Shown in pieces: positions 11,400 to 24,166 of a stretch of DNA of 64,000 bases (the stretch's first letter is position 1; each line of letters opens with the position of its first letter). Source of the DNA: Octopus sinensis. Taxonomy: Eukaryota. A model generated the notes under the pieces. That model did no database searches, had not been told where the DNA came from, and worked only from the letters and a program-made list of their open reading frames with translations. The stretch lies in assembly GCF_006345805.1 (NCBI RefSeq), contig NC_043009.1:67084001-67148000 (forward strand). Reading direction: 5' to 3'. Made by a program: the position numbers and the translations under genes.

Positions 11400-12020
11400 G
11401 GCACAGGAGTGTCTATGTGGTGAGAAGTTTGCTTCGTAACCATATGGTTCCAGGTTCATTCCAACTGTGGGGAACTTTGGACAAGTGTCTCTTATAGCCT
11501 CAGGCTGACCAAAACCTTGTGAGTAAATTTGGTAGATGGAAACTGAAAGAAGCCCGTTATATATATGATGATGATGATGATGATGATACATGTGTGTGTG
11601 TGCATCTTTGTACATGTGTTTGTATCCCCCCCCTTGACAACTGATGTTGGTGTGTTTATGTCCCTATATTAGTTAGTTAGTTAGTTAATTTGGCTCAAAA
11701 GCAAATAGCAAGGCCATGTAGGGGGACATGGAGTTAAGTACAGGGTGGTGTTCATGTAAAGAGTTCAGGCCACTTGAGGTCCAGGGAGGCTTTGAACAAA
11801 GCGGTCGTCGGCATCTTCACCATCTCGTCTGGCAGCTTGTTCCACGGATCCGCAACCCGGACGGAGAAAGCTCCTCTCCTTCGATTGGTAATGGTTTGGG
11901 AAAATAGACCTACAGAATAAAAAAATAAATTTATACTAGGGTTGATTTGTTCAACTAAAATTCTTCAAGGCAGTGCCCCAGCATGGCCATAGTGTAATGA
12001 CTAAAGCAAGTAAAACATAC
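11400..12020 (+). mobile_element. SINE family 1 interrupted by a CR1 insertion
   Basis: The head and core occupy 11400-11667, and the 3' part resumes at about 11888. Confidence 0.8.
11668..11887 (-). mobile_element. 5'-truncated CR1-type LINE 3' end with (TAAC)n tail
   Basis: The minus frame 11886-11752 reads NRRRGAFSVRVADPWNKLPDEMVKMPTTALFKASLDLKWPELFT*, the CR1 RT C-terminal FSxRVxxxWNxLP...FKxxLD motif, followed by a short UTR and TAAC repeats. Confidence 0.85.
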
Positions 12021-14186
12021 AAGGAAGATTAGACATGTAACGATTGAATTATATATTAAAACCATTTATTATGCTTTGTTACGCATGTGGTTTCCCGCAG
12101 CCTGTGGAGACCTTGTCTTGTATGAAACTGGTCTGTGGTTGGGGACAGCTACTCTACACAGTCCTTAATCTAGAATTGGAAATTCACTCTCTGCATGAAA
12201 TTTAGAATTCCATAGATCATTGTGTTGTATATATCTGTTGTTGCTGTTGATTAATCTTTAGTCATCTTTAATCCAGCAGACTTCTATGATCAAAAGCATT
12301 TCAATAAGGATTTGACTACTATTTCTAGCAACTTGGATGGCAGTATAAGAGGGTTCCTCTTTTGCTGGTGTTTGTTGCAAGTTCTTAGTGTTTAGCTTCA
12401 GGTCAGCCCTGATCCAAAAATGGGATGGTCATATTTGGAAAGCTTTAAAAGGATGATATGGTGATGGTTGGATTACTTTTAAAAGATGAGATGGCCACAG
12501 TTGGAATGCTTTTAAAAGGACAGCCATCTTTGATATGCTTGTAAGCCTTTAAGCATTCTGATTGTCTTACGTAATGCATATTTATTTAAATTGTTTTGAA
12601 TTAATCCTGCATCCGTCCTCTTGTAACTTCAATAGTTTGGTGATATAACTCTGTTTTTAGAATGACATTGTAGGATATGTATAAGAAGCCAGATCTGGTT
12701 GGTGGAGCTAAAACAGGTAGAATCTGATATGGTCAGATGTGGCTGGTTGCAATACTGAAGGGTTACAGATTCTACAACTTTTAAACAGAAGTATATTTTC
12801 ATGTGTCTGTGTGCACATTTCTCTGCACCATTCTGCACAGGCGCAACGGAATCAAACTGTTCTTTACCCCCCCCCCCCCCCCGCCAACCCACTCCTGCCA
12901 ACACCTCAAACTCTTTTGAGGTTTCTATTAAAAGACAACATAGAAATTTTAAGGCACAGATCCTTTTGATAAAACATTTTAATTATATATTCAGTCTCTG
13001 TTATAATAATTAACTTCATTTAAGTCACTAATTAAAGTCTTGCAGTAAAAAAACCTGCCTGCAACAAACTTTTATTTCCTCTTTTGTTAAATTTGTGAAA
13101 TTTTCAATTAAAAATATTTTTTTTTGGTAATTGTATGTTTTTTTTATTTTATTTAAAGTTATTTCTTTTGAGATGATTTCATCATGACTTTAATAACATT
13201 TAAGAAAGGTTTATTACCCGTAATCATATCCATTAGATCTCCCTTTAAGGGACTGTAAATTCTATGTTCATTGCCCTAATGATGTTAATTATCTGCCAAA
13301 AAATAGAAACACTATTTTCTGCTTCTGCAATACTTTTCCATTATCTCCCGTAAATACAGTTTCCATATTCACTACTAAAAGTATTTGATTCTTGTTCTAT
13401 AAAGAGAGATATTTGATAAAATAAATAATTTTGTGTCTGGGGAGAATCATTTTCTTTTTGTGCCTTATTATGTAACACACTCACCGGCAAAATTTCCACT
13501 TATTTCTTATTTTTATTTTCCTAAAATTTTCATTGCGTCTTGCTACCTTTTCAATAGTTTTGACTCTTGAATAGTCAAGACTATTGAAAAGGTTGCAAGA
13601 CGCAATGAAAATTTTAGGAAAATAAAAATAAGAAAAAAGTGGAAATTTTACTGATGAGTGTGTTACATTATGAGGCACAAAAAGAAAATGTCTCTCCCTA
13701 GACACAACAGAATATGCTTCAACACACAAACTCATATGAAGACCCTTGCAAACCAAATCCAATAACGAAATATAAAACAAATAATGAAAATCTGAAAAAA
13801 GCTGTTGTTTGCAAAGAGCAGAACTAAGAGTATCTCTGCATCTCACAATATAAAGAGAATTTGCAGTTAATGGCAATAAAAGTTTGAAGGGACATATCCA
13901 CTTACCACATTCAAAAGATTAAATCTCATTTCTCTTTTTGTTGTTTCTTGTTTTTCAAGAATTTATCCTTATCGTGATGTACAGGCAAAATTGTAAAAAC
14001 ATCAAACAAAATCTCTGCAATAGAAAGTTAGACTTCACGTTCCAAGTTCAGAAGACCCTGCTAAAGGTCAACTTTCATTTTTATCAGGAGTTGATAAAGT
14101 TAGGGCATTCTAAATATGTGAATGAGTTATTACAAAGGACTTAGAAGAGAATTGTTATTGTGTGTGTGTGTGTGTGTGTATGTGTG

Positions 14187-14217
<31 letters not shown>

Positions 14218-14459
14218 TTTTGTTCATGGCTTTTGATTTCCTTTTGAGAACCATTTCATTTATGTGACTGAAGTGTCATTCAATTAAGCATGCATACATG
14301 TGCAAAGGAGACTGGTCTATCAAATGGTTCTGGGTTCAGTCCCACTGTGTGGCACCTTGGGCAAGTGTCTTCTACTATAGCCTTGGGTCAACCAAAGCCT
14401 TGTGAGTGATTTTGGTAGATGGAAACTGAAAGAAGCCTGTTGTATATATTTATATATAT

Positions 14460-14838
14460 GCACAGGTGTAGCTTTATGGTAAGTAGCTTGCTTACCAACC
14501 ACATGGTTCCAGGTTTAGTCCCACTGCGTGGCACCTTGGGCAATTGCCTTCTGTTATAGCCTTGGGAAGACCAAAACCTTGTGAGTGGATTTGGTAGACG
14601 GAAACTGAAAGAAGCCTGTCATATATGTACATGTTTGTGTGTCTGTATTTGTCCCCCCCCCACCATCACTTGACAACTGATGTTGGTGTGTTTATGTCTC
14701 TATAACTTAGTTGTTTGGCAAGACACTGATGTAATAAGTACTAAGCTTACAAAGAATAAGTCCTGGGGTCGATTTGTTTGGCTAAAGGTGGTGCTCCAGC
14801 ATGGCCGCGATCAAATGACTTAAACAAATAAAAGAATA
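14460..14838 (+). mobile_element. SINE family 1, near full length (CORE-like)
   Basis: tRNA-like head, CORE-like GGCACCTTGGGCAA and AAAAGA tail; it is preceded by another 5' half at about 14320-14440. Confidence 0.85.
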
Positions 14839-15639
14839 GCAGCTTGTATCATGTACCTTCCCCATATTTGTACATTAGTCACAATGCGTTTCACATTATT
14901 TTTGTTTTTGAATGATGCCACCATGCTGCTGGCTCTGCGAGCTGGCTCACATCTGACCGGAAGGATATTCCGGTGCAGGGTGACCCATATACAGCTGGGA
15001 TAACCGGAACAATGTGAAATGAAGTGTTTTGGTCAATGACACAATGCACTGCCTGGTTTGGGAATTGAACCCATGGTCTAGTGATTGTGAGTGCAATACA
15101 ATAACCACTATGCTACATGCCTACAGAAAGAAAGAGAGAGAGAGAGCATGGTATGCCACTGATATACTTCTGTGCTTTTCAACACTATGTCTATGCAGGA
15201 AGCTTTCTCAAGACAAATACTGCAGTTTCGTGACTTTCACTAGTGTATCCACATTAAGTAAAATATACAGAATCCCATTCGGAAGCAATATTGCTTCCCT
15301 CACTAATGACATTTTATATAGTTATATATACGCATATATATTATATGTGTACACACGTGTGACTGTGGGTTAAGAGGTTTGCTTCCCAACCCTGTGGTTT
15401 TGGGGTTCCGTCTTACTGTGTGCCACCTTGGGCAAATGTCTTCTTCTATGTACTGTATCGTTGAATGAATTTGGTAAATGGAAACTGGAAGAAGCCCTTT
15501 GTGTGCATGCGCGTGTTTGTATTTTCCCATCTTGACCTCATGAGATAGTTGTAACAAGTGTCAGTGTCATACAAGTGATGTGATTTGTGTTCAGTCTTCC
15601 ATGGAAACCATGTCCAGTCATGGAAAAATATTCTTTTCT

Positions 15640-15845
15640 ACTATAGGCACAAGGCCTGAAATTTTGGGGGAAGGGATGGGCAGTTGATTAGGTTGACCCC
15701 AGTATGCAACTGGTACTATCGACCCAAAAGGATGAAAAGGCAAAGTTGACCTCGGTGGAATTTAAACTCAGAATGCAAAGGTCAGATGAAACCCTGCTAA
15801 GCATTTCACTCGGTGTGCAAATGTTTCTGCCGGCTCGCCGTCTTA
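15640..15845 (-). mobile_element. SINE family 2
   Basis: Reverse complement of the family 2 sequence. Confidence 0.75.
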
Positions 15846-16454
15846 GTCATGGAGAAATATTACCTTACAAGTGAAAGTTGTTGATAGAAAGGCATCTGAC
15901 CACAGAACATTTGGCTCAAGGAATTCCATCTGACCCATGCATGCATGGAAAAGTAAATGTTACAATATATGCAAATAAACACAAAGTACTTGTCTCTTTT
16001 ATGCTGGCATGGATGATTTAACAGGCAGGATCCGAGTCGGAGGACTGCATTGAACTCCAGTGTTTGTTGTATGGGGTTTCTAAAAGCTGAATGCTTTTTC
16101 TAACTCCGGCCACTTTACAGTGTGTACTGGATGCTTTTCCATGGCAACAGTACCAACGAGGTTGCCATGTCACTTGCAAAACCAAGAAAAGACTCTTGGT
16201 TGAGTTGGGTTTCTGGTAGAGAAGAATGTGGCTGTTCATATGTTCGTAATTTTGATGGGAAATTAAAATTTAGATTACATTAATCCCTTGCCATATCGTG
16301 GGTCACCTATCGTGTCCTCAGTACGTCACGGATTTTTCTGGCTGATATATGTGAATTTATATCATAGAATCCTCAGTATATCTGGGTTTCTGTAGCTGAT
16401 AGGTATTTATATTTTTTAAATTTTAATTATTTCTGCGAGAGATTTTGGAATGTC

Positions 16455-16807
16455 AAGGGATTATATTGGAGTCCCCCTTTGGTCATGACTGACCATGGGA
16501 TTCCACCTAGAAAGTTACCCTCCGAGGCACAAGTCCGGGCAAGGTTGTTTATGGAAGACCAGCAGTCACCCATGCATACCAACCTCCCCTCTGCACACCA
16601 CTGATGTTATCCAAAGGAAAGGCAAAGGGGCCGATACAACTTGGCACCAGTGATGTCGCAACTCATTTCTACAGCTGAGTGAACCTCGAGCAACATGAAA
16701 TAAAGTGTCTTGCTCAAGAACACAAAACACAGGCCAGTCTGGGAAGCGAACTCACAACCTCACGATCATAAGCTCGATGCTCTAACCACTGAGCCATGCG
16801 CCTTCAC
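16455..16807 (-). mobile_element. SINE family 3, full length
   Basis: Reverse complement of 46647-46988, with a tRNA-like head GTGAAGGCGCATGGCTCAGTGGTTAG. Confidence 0.85.
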
Positions 16808-17221
16808 GTCAAGGGGTTACTGCACTTTAAAATAGAAAATTTGCGTTGTAGAACCAGAGGAGATTAAGCCTTTGAATTATAGGTACAATGCATTTGATAG
16901 GCTTCTGCACAGTTTCTTTTTGTTCCTAACGGCCTTGAGTATGGTAAAAACACTTGCCCAAGATACCATGCAAGTGGTGTTGCGCATAGGATCCTTGTGA
17001 TTGTGAAATAACTTATAATGTTTAAAAGCATTCCATCATCACTCAACCATGCTTCAGAATTCTTACCATTTTACATTCAAATGTCTTCCTTATGGTCATT
17101 TGCTTCTTGGAATCACTGTCTACGTAGCACTCCAATATCTGTCCCCTTTAGTTCTGTATGTTCTAAACCAATTACCTTAGGTTTCATTAAGCTTCATCAT
17201 TGTCGTTTAATGTCTGCTTTC

Positions 17222-17725
17222 TATGTTGGCATGGGTTGAATAGTTTGACTGAGGACTGGTGAGCCAGGAGACTGCACCAGACTCCAGTCTGATCTGGCAG
17301 TGTTTCTACAGCTGGATGCCCTTCCTAACGCCAACCACTCCGAGAGTATAGTGGGTGCTTTTACATGCCACCTCCATGGGTGCCAGTCTGGCGGCATTGG
17401 CAATGACCGCATTTGAATGTTGTTTTTCACGTACCAGTAATACGACGCTTACAATGATCATGCTTGAATGGTACTTTTTATGTGCCACTGGCTCGAGAGC
17501 CAATCAGCCGCCCTGGCAACGATCACGCTCGGATGGTGCTTTTAACGTCCCACTGGCATGAGTGCCAATCAGGCAGTACTGTCATTGGCCACGTCAGCGA
17601 TTTTGATTTCACTTGTCTCAATAGGTCTTTGCAAGCAAAGTTTATTGTCCAATGAATGAGGGGTACTCATAAGTGGGCTGGTTATACCCACTGGCATTGG
17701 CCATGGGTTACGGTCTCACTTGACT
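17222..17725 (-). mobile_element. RTE LINE 3' UTR fragment
   Basis: Homologous to the 3' UTR that follows the RTE ORF end at 31525-32300. Confidence 0.75.
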
Positions 17726-17884
17726 TGTCGGGTTTTATGAATTGAAACCCCACAGACCTGTTTTTTTTGTCTCTTTTCCTCTCTTTGGTCTCAATATGGA
17801 CTGATGTCTCCATTTGGCACAATCAGTGACACGTCTATCTCTCTTAGAAGTCACAAATAGAGTAAAATTCAAACAAAATAAACT

Positions 17885-18240
17885 AGGCTTGGCTGTGTGG
17901 TAAGAAGTTTGCTTCCCAACGACATGGTTCTAGGTTCAGTCCCACTACATGGCGACTTGGGTAAATGTCTTTTACTATAGCCTTGGGCCAACCAAATCTT
18001 TGTGAGTAGATTTGGCAGACGGAAACCGAAAAGAAACCCGTCGAGTGTGTGTGTGTTTATTCCCCACCACTGCTTGACACCTAGTGTTGGTGTCTATGTC
18101 CCCATAACTTAGTGGTTCGGCAAAAAAAGTCCAACAGAAAAGTACCAAAAAACAGTAAGCATGGGTGTCAGTTTGTTCTGCAAGGTGGTGCTCCAGCATG
18201 GCTGCAGTCTAATGACTGAAACCAGTAAAAGATAAAAGCT
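17885..18240 (+). mobile_element. SINE family 1 (diverged)
   Basis: The head, core and tail align to the full copies. Confidence 0.8.
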
Positions 18241-18799
18241 AAGAATATCACAAAATTGAGAGATATCACCACCAACAACTGTAGTGTGATCAATCTAAAA
18301 AATGCCCAGCTCCATCTCCCGGTCAACTGTGGGCTGCTCAGTAAACAAACCCGGCAGCTGCGGGATTTTCAAATTCCTGTTTGTCATTTTACCTGGATTA
18401 AAGAAGAGACTGGACAATCTTTTGCTGGATATTTAGAGTTGCACCTGTATTTGTATAGCTATTTGTGGATTTATTTTTATACATACATGCATACGTGGTA
18501 GGTATGTGTGATTTTGTATGCATATATATATACATTTATATTTGGGTGTATGCATGTCTCTATATGTCTAAGCATGTATATGTGTGTAGTGATATATTTA
18601 TACACACTGTGGAGCTTGGTTTACGAATTTAATTTGTTCCTGAAGGCTGTTCCTCACCTGAAATGTTTGTTAACTAAAATGATTTTTCCTGTAGGAAATT
18701 CAGGAGAAGGCACAGCAAATTCAAGCGGGGATATGCTCTGAGTGAAAACTAGACTGCAACAGGTGCCCTCTCATAGATACACCCTGCTTGTCACCAACC

Positions 18800-18911
18800 T
18801 TTGTTGCAGGCTTCTGTGTTCATTACTCGAGACACTGTTTGTCACCTGAGATGTTTTATGTTAAAACATTTGTTCATGATGAGAGGTGTTCGTAAACTGA
18901 GGTTCCACTGT
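18800..18911. mobile_element. Tc1/mariner (Tigger-like) MITE end
   Basis: It ends in GAGGTTCCACTG|TA, a Tigger-type TIR followed by TA. Confidence 0.5.
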
Positions 18912-18955
18912 ATATATTAAAAAGACAGACAGATAGATAGCTTGTATAATATATA

Positions 18956-19055
18956 TATAATCAAAATAAGCAACAAGGATATCCAAGGTAGTGTAGTACA
19001 ATCGTTTCATGCTACTACACTACCTTGGATATCCTTGTTGCTTATTTTGATTATA
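18956..19055. repeat. Perfect 43-bp inverted repeat with 14-nt loop
   Basis: 18956-18998 is the exact reverse complement of 19013-19055. Confidence 0.97.
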
Positions 19056-19148
19056 ATCACCCCATTTCATTTATATGGATAATACCATACCAGATTCTGG
19101 TGCCTTTAAATTAAGTACCATATTCATCTGAATCTAAATTTTGCTGAA

Positions 19149-19189
<41 letters not shown>

Positions 19190-19190
<1 letters not shown>

Positions 19191-19635
19191 GATGTGGTGA
19201 TGCAAAGAGGGAAAATAGAACTCAAAATATGAGAGTATATTTTTATTAATATTTAGCAGAAGCAACAGAATGACTCAAGGGGAGAGTTTCATGCGTTGGC
19301 ACTTATCAAAGCTTGATGAGTGCTAACCAGGGCTGTAGAGTCAAAACAAAAGACTTTGACTCTGACTCCTCTACTATTGACTCCTCTTTATGTAATTAAA
19401 GTGATTTTGGTTTACGTATCTCATAAAACATATGCATACACTTGTACTTTGAGTAGGTCTTTATGTTATAACTGGTTTATATTAAAGAATAAAGATATTA
19501 CGAGTTGGAGTTGGTGTAGTTTTACCATCTCTGACTCCAACTCCAGATACGCCTTAATTGTTTCTGACTTTGACTCCACAGCCCTGGTGCTAAAACACAT
19601 TCGAGTTGCTGTGTTGCTTCTGCTAAATATCAATA

Positions 19636-19640
<5 letters not shown>
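19190..19640 (-). mobile_element. Penelope-like family A remnant with nested hAT MITE
   Basis: 19241-19310 is homologous to the reverse complement of about 194-262. The second arm is split by the insertion at 19328-19586. Confidence 0.65.
19328..19586. mobile_element. hAT-superfamily MITE
   Basis: 18-bp TIRs CAGGGCTGT(A/G)GAGTCAAA (17/18), 8-bp TSD GTGCTAAC/GTGCTAAA, and subterminal GACTCC repeats. Confidence 0.9.
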
Positions 19641-19698
<58 letters not shown>

Positions 19699-21001
19699 TT
19701 TAACACCCACTTTCCATGCAATATATATGTGATTATAACCAAGGAGAATGGAGTGAGAGAGAACTTTTTTATTTCATTGCTTTACAATTGTTTCCTCAAA
19801 CATCAATCTCGTGTGCATTGCTATATTATTCAACAATACATGCAGCCGTTAATACATGTGGTGTTCTTGATACATTATCAAAGACTGATTCTGATGAATC
19901 ATACGAAAAGGTTATTTAATAGGGAACTCCTGGATTAACACCCAAATGGAATAATGATAATAATAATAATAATGTCTTAACTGGTACATCACACGTATTG
20001 AGAAGAGCATTGTCGATGTGAGAACTGTTGCTGCTCATGTATTTTAATTTAACTTAAAAAAAAAAAAAAAAAAAAATGAACGAACTACTGAGTTTGGTTT
20101 AATGGCCTACCATTGTATACTATGAGTTTCTTTGCCCTAGGAGTCGGGAAGACACTCGGCAAGAAATGGAAGCAAATTTGAAAGAAGAAAAAAAAAGTAA
20201 TAATAATAATAATATCTATATAAAGGTAGAATGACAGATAAACACTGGTAGGCTTCAATTGTTTGTTTACATGGTGTATGAAATACAGATTACAGAATAA
20301 AGACAAAAGGAATTATGCAGAGTCTTATATGGGCAGTTGTTTTGGGACATAGCTTGTGTAATAACCACATTCATTCATAATATGTGCATGATGTCAGGTG
20401 TGTGGCACACCTGAAGTTCCAAAAGAATTAAGGCAAGTAAAGTGACTCTCCCCAAGACAAAGATGGCAAATACAAACATATGTGTAGACAGACAGATAGG
20501 TATGTGTATGCGTGTGTAGGTATGTATGTATATGTGTGTAGATAGGTATGTATGTATATGTGTAGGTAGGTAGGTATGTACTAGGGCTAGGTAAAATAAA
20601 GGAAACGCCTTGTTTAATGGAAGTTGTAGTCTTTAATAAGGAATTGGTCTAACTTTGGCATTAATCTCACTTTGATAATTTGAAGAATTTGACTTCAACA
20701 TGTTCTGAATAGTTGTTAGGGGAATTTTGTGCAATTCTTTGAATAAAACCTGCTTCAGTTCATTCAGTGTTGGTGATAGAGAGAAAGAACTCCTCTCTTG
20801 CTGTTCCAAATGTACCGTAAATGTTCAATTATTTTGAGATCCAGTGATTGTGGAGGCCAATCCAAGACCTTCACTTCCTTCCCCCATCCATCCCTCCCTC
20901 CCTTTTTCTCCCTTATTTCTTTTTTTTCTCTTTTCTCTTATGTTGTCTCATGGTTAGTTTCTTTTTCCATGAGACATTCACATGTTGGTCTTCATCAGCC
21001 A

Positions 21002-21260
21002 CATGTGATCCCAACCAACTATGTGGTCTTAATCAACCATGCGTGTTTTTAATCTTCTACATGTGTTTTTAATCAACTACATGTGTTTCTAATTAGCTAC
21101 TTGCCTCTAATCAACTACATATGTTTCTAATTAGCTACATGTGTTCCTAATCAGTTTCATGTGATCCTAATCAACTGTATGTGTTTCTAATTGACTTCAT
21201 GTGATCCTAACGGACTACATTTCACCTTAATCATCTACATGGGATTTTAATCCTCTACCT
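21002..21260. repeat. Degenerate 20-bp minisatellite (CATGTGTTTCTAATCAACTA) about 13 copies
   Basis: Direct reading. Confidence 0.85.
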
Positions 21261-21390
21261 GTTGTTTCTGCCAGGAAGTAAACCTAGAGGACGGAAGGTG
21301 GGGGAGGGAAACTATCTCCAAGACAAATATCTGTGGTTAACGAAGAAGGAAAATAATAAAGAATGCTATCTAATTAATTAATTAATGGAT

Positions 21391-21610
21391 TAAGGTGGTG
21401 AGCTGGCAGAATTGTTAGCATGCCAGGTAAACTGCTTGGTGGCATTCCGTCCGTTTGTATGTTCAGAGTTCAAATTCCACAGAGGTCAGCTTTGTCTTTT
21501 GTCCTTTATGAGGATTGATAAAATAAGTACCAGTTGAATACTGGGGTTGACGTAATCAACTTAGCCCCTTCCTCTGAAATTGCTGGCCTTGTGCCAAAAT
21601 TTTAAACCTA
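21391..21610 (+). mobile_element. SINE family 2 (CpG-decayed)
   Basis: Homology to the other family 2 copies. Confidence 0.8.
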
Positions 21611-21767
21611 TTAACGGAGTCAATGTATGGCAGCTTGATCTATTAGAAATAGCAACTAAATTGTCCTCAAATCACATCCTTTCATCTTAAAAGATAAGAC
21701 ACATTAGATAATGTAATCCGAGATACACTGTACTTGAAGAAAAGAGTGGATGACCAAGAAGGATTAA

Positions 21768-21990
21768 CCCATTAACTCCCAGAGTACTTAAATTTCTGAA
21801 TATTACTTTTAAATTTTTACAGATGATTGAAAATAGGTTAAAATGTAAAAAATAATCATTAAAACTCCTTTACTTCAAGTAGAAATGGAAATACTTGGTG
21901 TCCTATAAATAGGACACTGAGACAATGTGATATAGCTTATTTAAGGTTCTCATCTAGTGTCCTATTTATAGGACAGTAGGACTTAATGGG
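21768..21990. mobile_element. piggyBac-like MITE
   Basis: TTAA|CCCATTAA...TTAATGGG|TTAA, with two internal palindromes GTGTCCTAT-(AA/TT)-ATAGGACA. Confidence 0.85.
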
Positions 21991-23154
21991 TTAAGCAAAA
22001 TAGCAGCTGATATTTGATTAAATAACATATCTGAAGATAGACAGGAATGAGGGAAGCGGTTTATATTTACAAATTTATAGTTTTTGTTCAGCCCTAAGAT
22101 TAGAGCTATGATCAGACATTCCAGCCATGATCAACTCATTTTTTTGCTTATTTGTAATATCTCCGACTATATTGACCAATATCTCCAAACTTTTAAAACA
22201 GTGTAGGATGCAATGTGATTTTTAAAAGAATGTTGTTGCTATTTCTAACTGGTCAAACGGTCATGTAGAAGCTTTATTATTGGCTCAAAATCTTATGATG
22301 TCAATTCTAGGTTAGATAGTTCCTGCTCAGTGGCGCCTCCATGGCGGTGATGCGGTGGTGTTTCAATAGCTGTCTGTTGATTGGTGTTTTCTTCATAAAG
22401 ACTAGATTTTTAAACTTCAAAGATGTATGTGCTGAAGATTTACCATCTTGTGGTTTGAAATCGGAGAATATGGAGAACAGAAGAAAACGAAGAAATAGTC
22501 AAACCATTTGTTTACTAATAAGATTTTTGATAGCTTCCACATACCACACCCTTCTTTATGTTCTACATCCTGTTCTTATGTAAGATAAATTGATTATTTT
22601 TAAAAATAATTTTATTTATCATACCTCATTCTTACGAAGGTTAAATGGCTCAAATATGCCACCTGTCTTGCGATAGAATAAATAGTCAAGCAGCAGCGTT
22701 TCTTTGCCATTCCCAGGCTCTGTGGCCAGTTAGGAATATTTATTTACCACACTCTATCTTAAATAGTTAAGTTAGTGTTAACATATTTAAAGCAGAGAGT
22801 AATGAAAGAAAACAAAACTAACGAGGGGTAATTACGCGGTGAGACATTATATATGAAAAGAGGAAGGCACGTGGCCTAGTGGTTAGGATGTTGCGCTGAC
22901 AATTGCCAGACTGCGAGTTCAATTCCCATACTGGACAGCACATTGTGTTCTTGAGCAAAACGCTTCATTTCTCATTGCTCTGCAGGTGGGAGAGTAGCAG
23001 AATCATTGGTGCATCGGCAGAGGTGCTTTACAGTATATCTTCCAGTTCTCTGTGTTCTAAGTTCAAATCCTACCTGCCTGGAGAAGGCAACGGGAAACCA
23101 TTCCAGTATTCATCTCAAGTCTAGTCATGTTTAGCCGAAGTTCCAAACAGCAGC

Positions 23155-23370
23155 AGAGTGGAGGCGCAATGGCCCAGTGGTTAGGGTAACGGACCCATGG
23201 TCTTAAGAATGAGGTTTCGATTCCCAGACTGGGCATTGTGAGTGTTTATTGAGCAAAAACACCTAAGCTCCATGAGGCTCCAGCGGGGGTGGGGGTGGAG
23301 TGGAGGGGGGTGAACCCCCACTATACTCTTTCACCACAACTTTCTCTCTTTCTTCCTACTTCTGCCCCAA
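23155..23370 (+). mobile_element. tRNA-derived SINE head (family 4)
   Basis: GGAGGCGCAATGGCCCAGTGGTTAG A box and GGTTTCGATTCCC B box. Confidence 0.7.
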
Positions 23371-24166
23371 AGCAGAGGAACCCTGGTGTAACCCACTATG
23401 GTGTGGTAAACTTTCAGACCCTAGTCTAGATTGTGAATCCTCTGTACCCCAGGATCGTTCAGCTCTCCACCCGTTAAAAGCCACCGTTTACGGAATGAGG
23501 ATAACAACACAGCTTTCATGCCCGTGCAACCGCCAGTCTATCGTGTGTGGTGGGTGGATCTTCAAGTTGCCACACGCATTCTTAGTGGCTTAGAGTAGGC
23601 TCGAATTAGAGATTATTCTTTGTGGCTAATGGCGTGAGTCCTGAGTGGAAGAAGAAGAACAGCAGCAGAGGAGGATACAAGTCCTTGTAGGTCATATAGG
23701 GAGTGCTGGAGAAGGTTCACATGCACAGGACCTGCCCAAGGGAATTAAACTCGTGATCTGGCAATCGTAATTGCAACACCCTGACCACCAGACCACACAC
23801 TTTGCACTTCTATGTATAATGTCTTACCACAGACTAGACCAGATATATATATGGGTGGGTGGGTGTATGTGTGCATGGTGGGGAATAGACTGTTTAATAA
23901 AGGTTCATGTATATTTTTTTTTATACAGAGTGCAGTAAGGGCTGACCTAGAAATAATTATATTGGGAGACAGCTTGATGGTCATCATTGTTGTTTCAAGC
24001 CCAGTTTTCCATGCTTGCATGGCTCAGAGGGAATCTGTTTAAGTGGATTTTCTAGAACTGTACAATGCTGTCTGTCTGTCTGTCTGTCTCAATCCACAAC
24101 TGTTCCCAAGCAAGTAAATAATTCTCCATGGCCAGAAATGTTTTCCATGGACTTCGCTGAACTTGT

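Noticed and set aside
13100-14150. Transposase or host exon in an AT-rich block
   Set aside because: All frames are interrupted and no motif was recognised.
19891-19915. CTGATGA-ATCATAC-GAAA as a hammerhead
   Set aside because: The core motifs are present, but stem II and stem I do not pair.
20141-20196. Small coding exon SREDTRQEMEANLKEEKK
   Set aside because: The acceptor is plausible, but the donor (AA|GTAATA) is weak and lies in a poly-A/TAA tract, and an equally weak exon can be drawn on the other strand.
22326-22346. CTCF site in GTGGCGCCTCCATGGCGG
   Set aside because: The spacing differs from the GCGCCCCCTGGTGG consensus.
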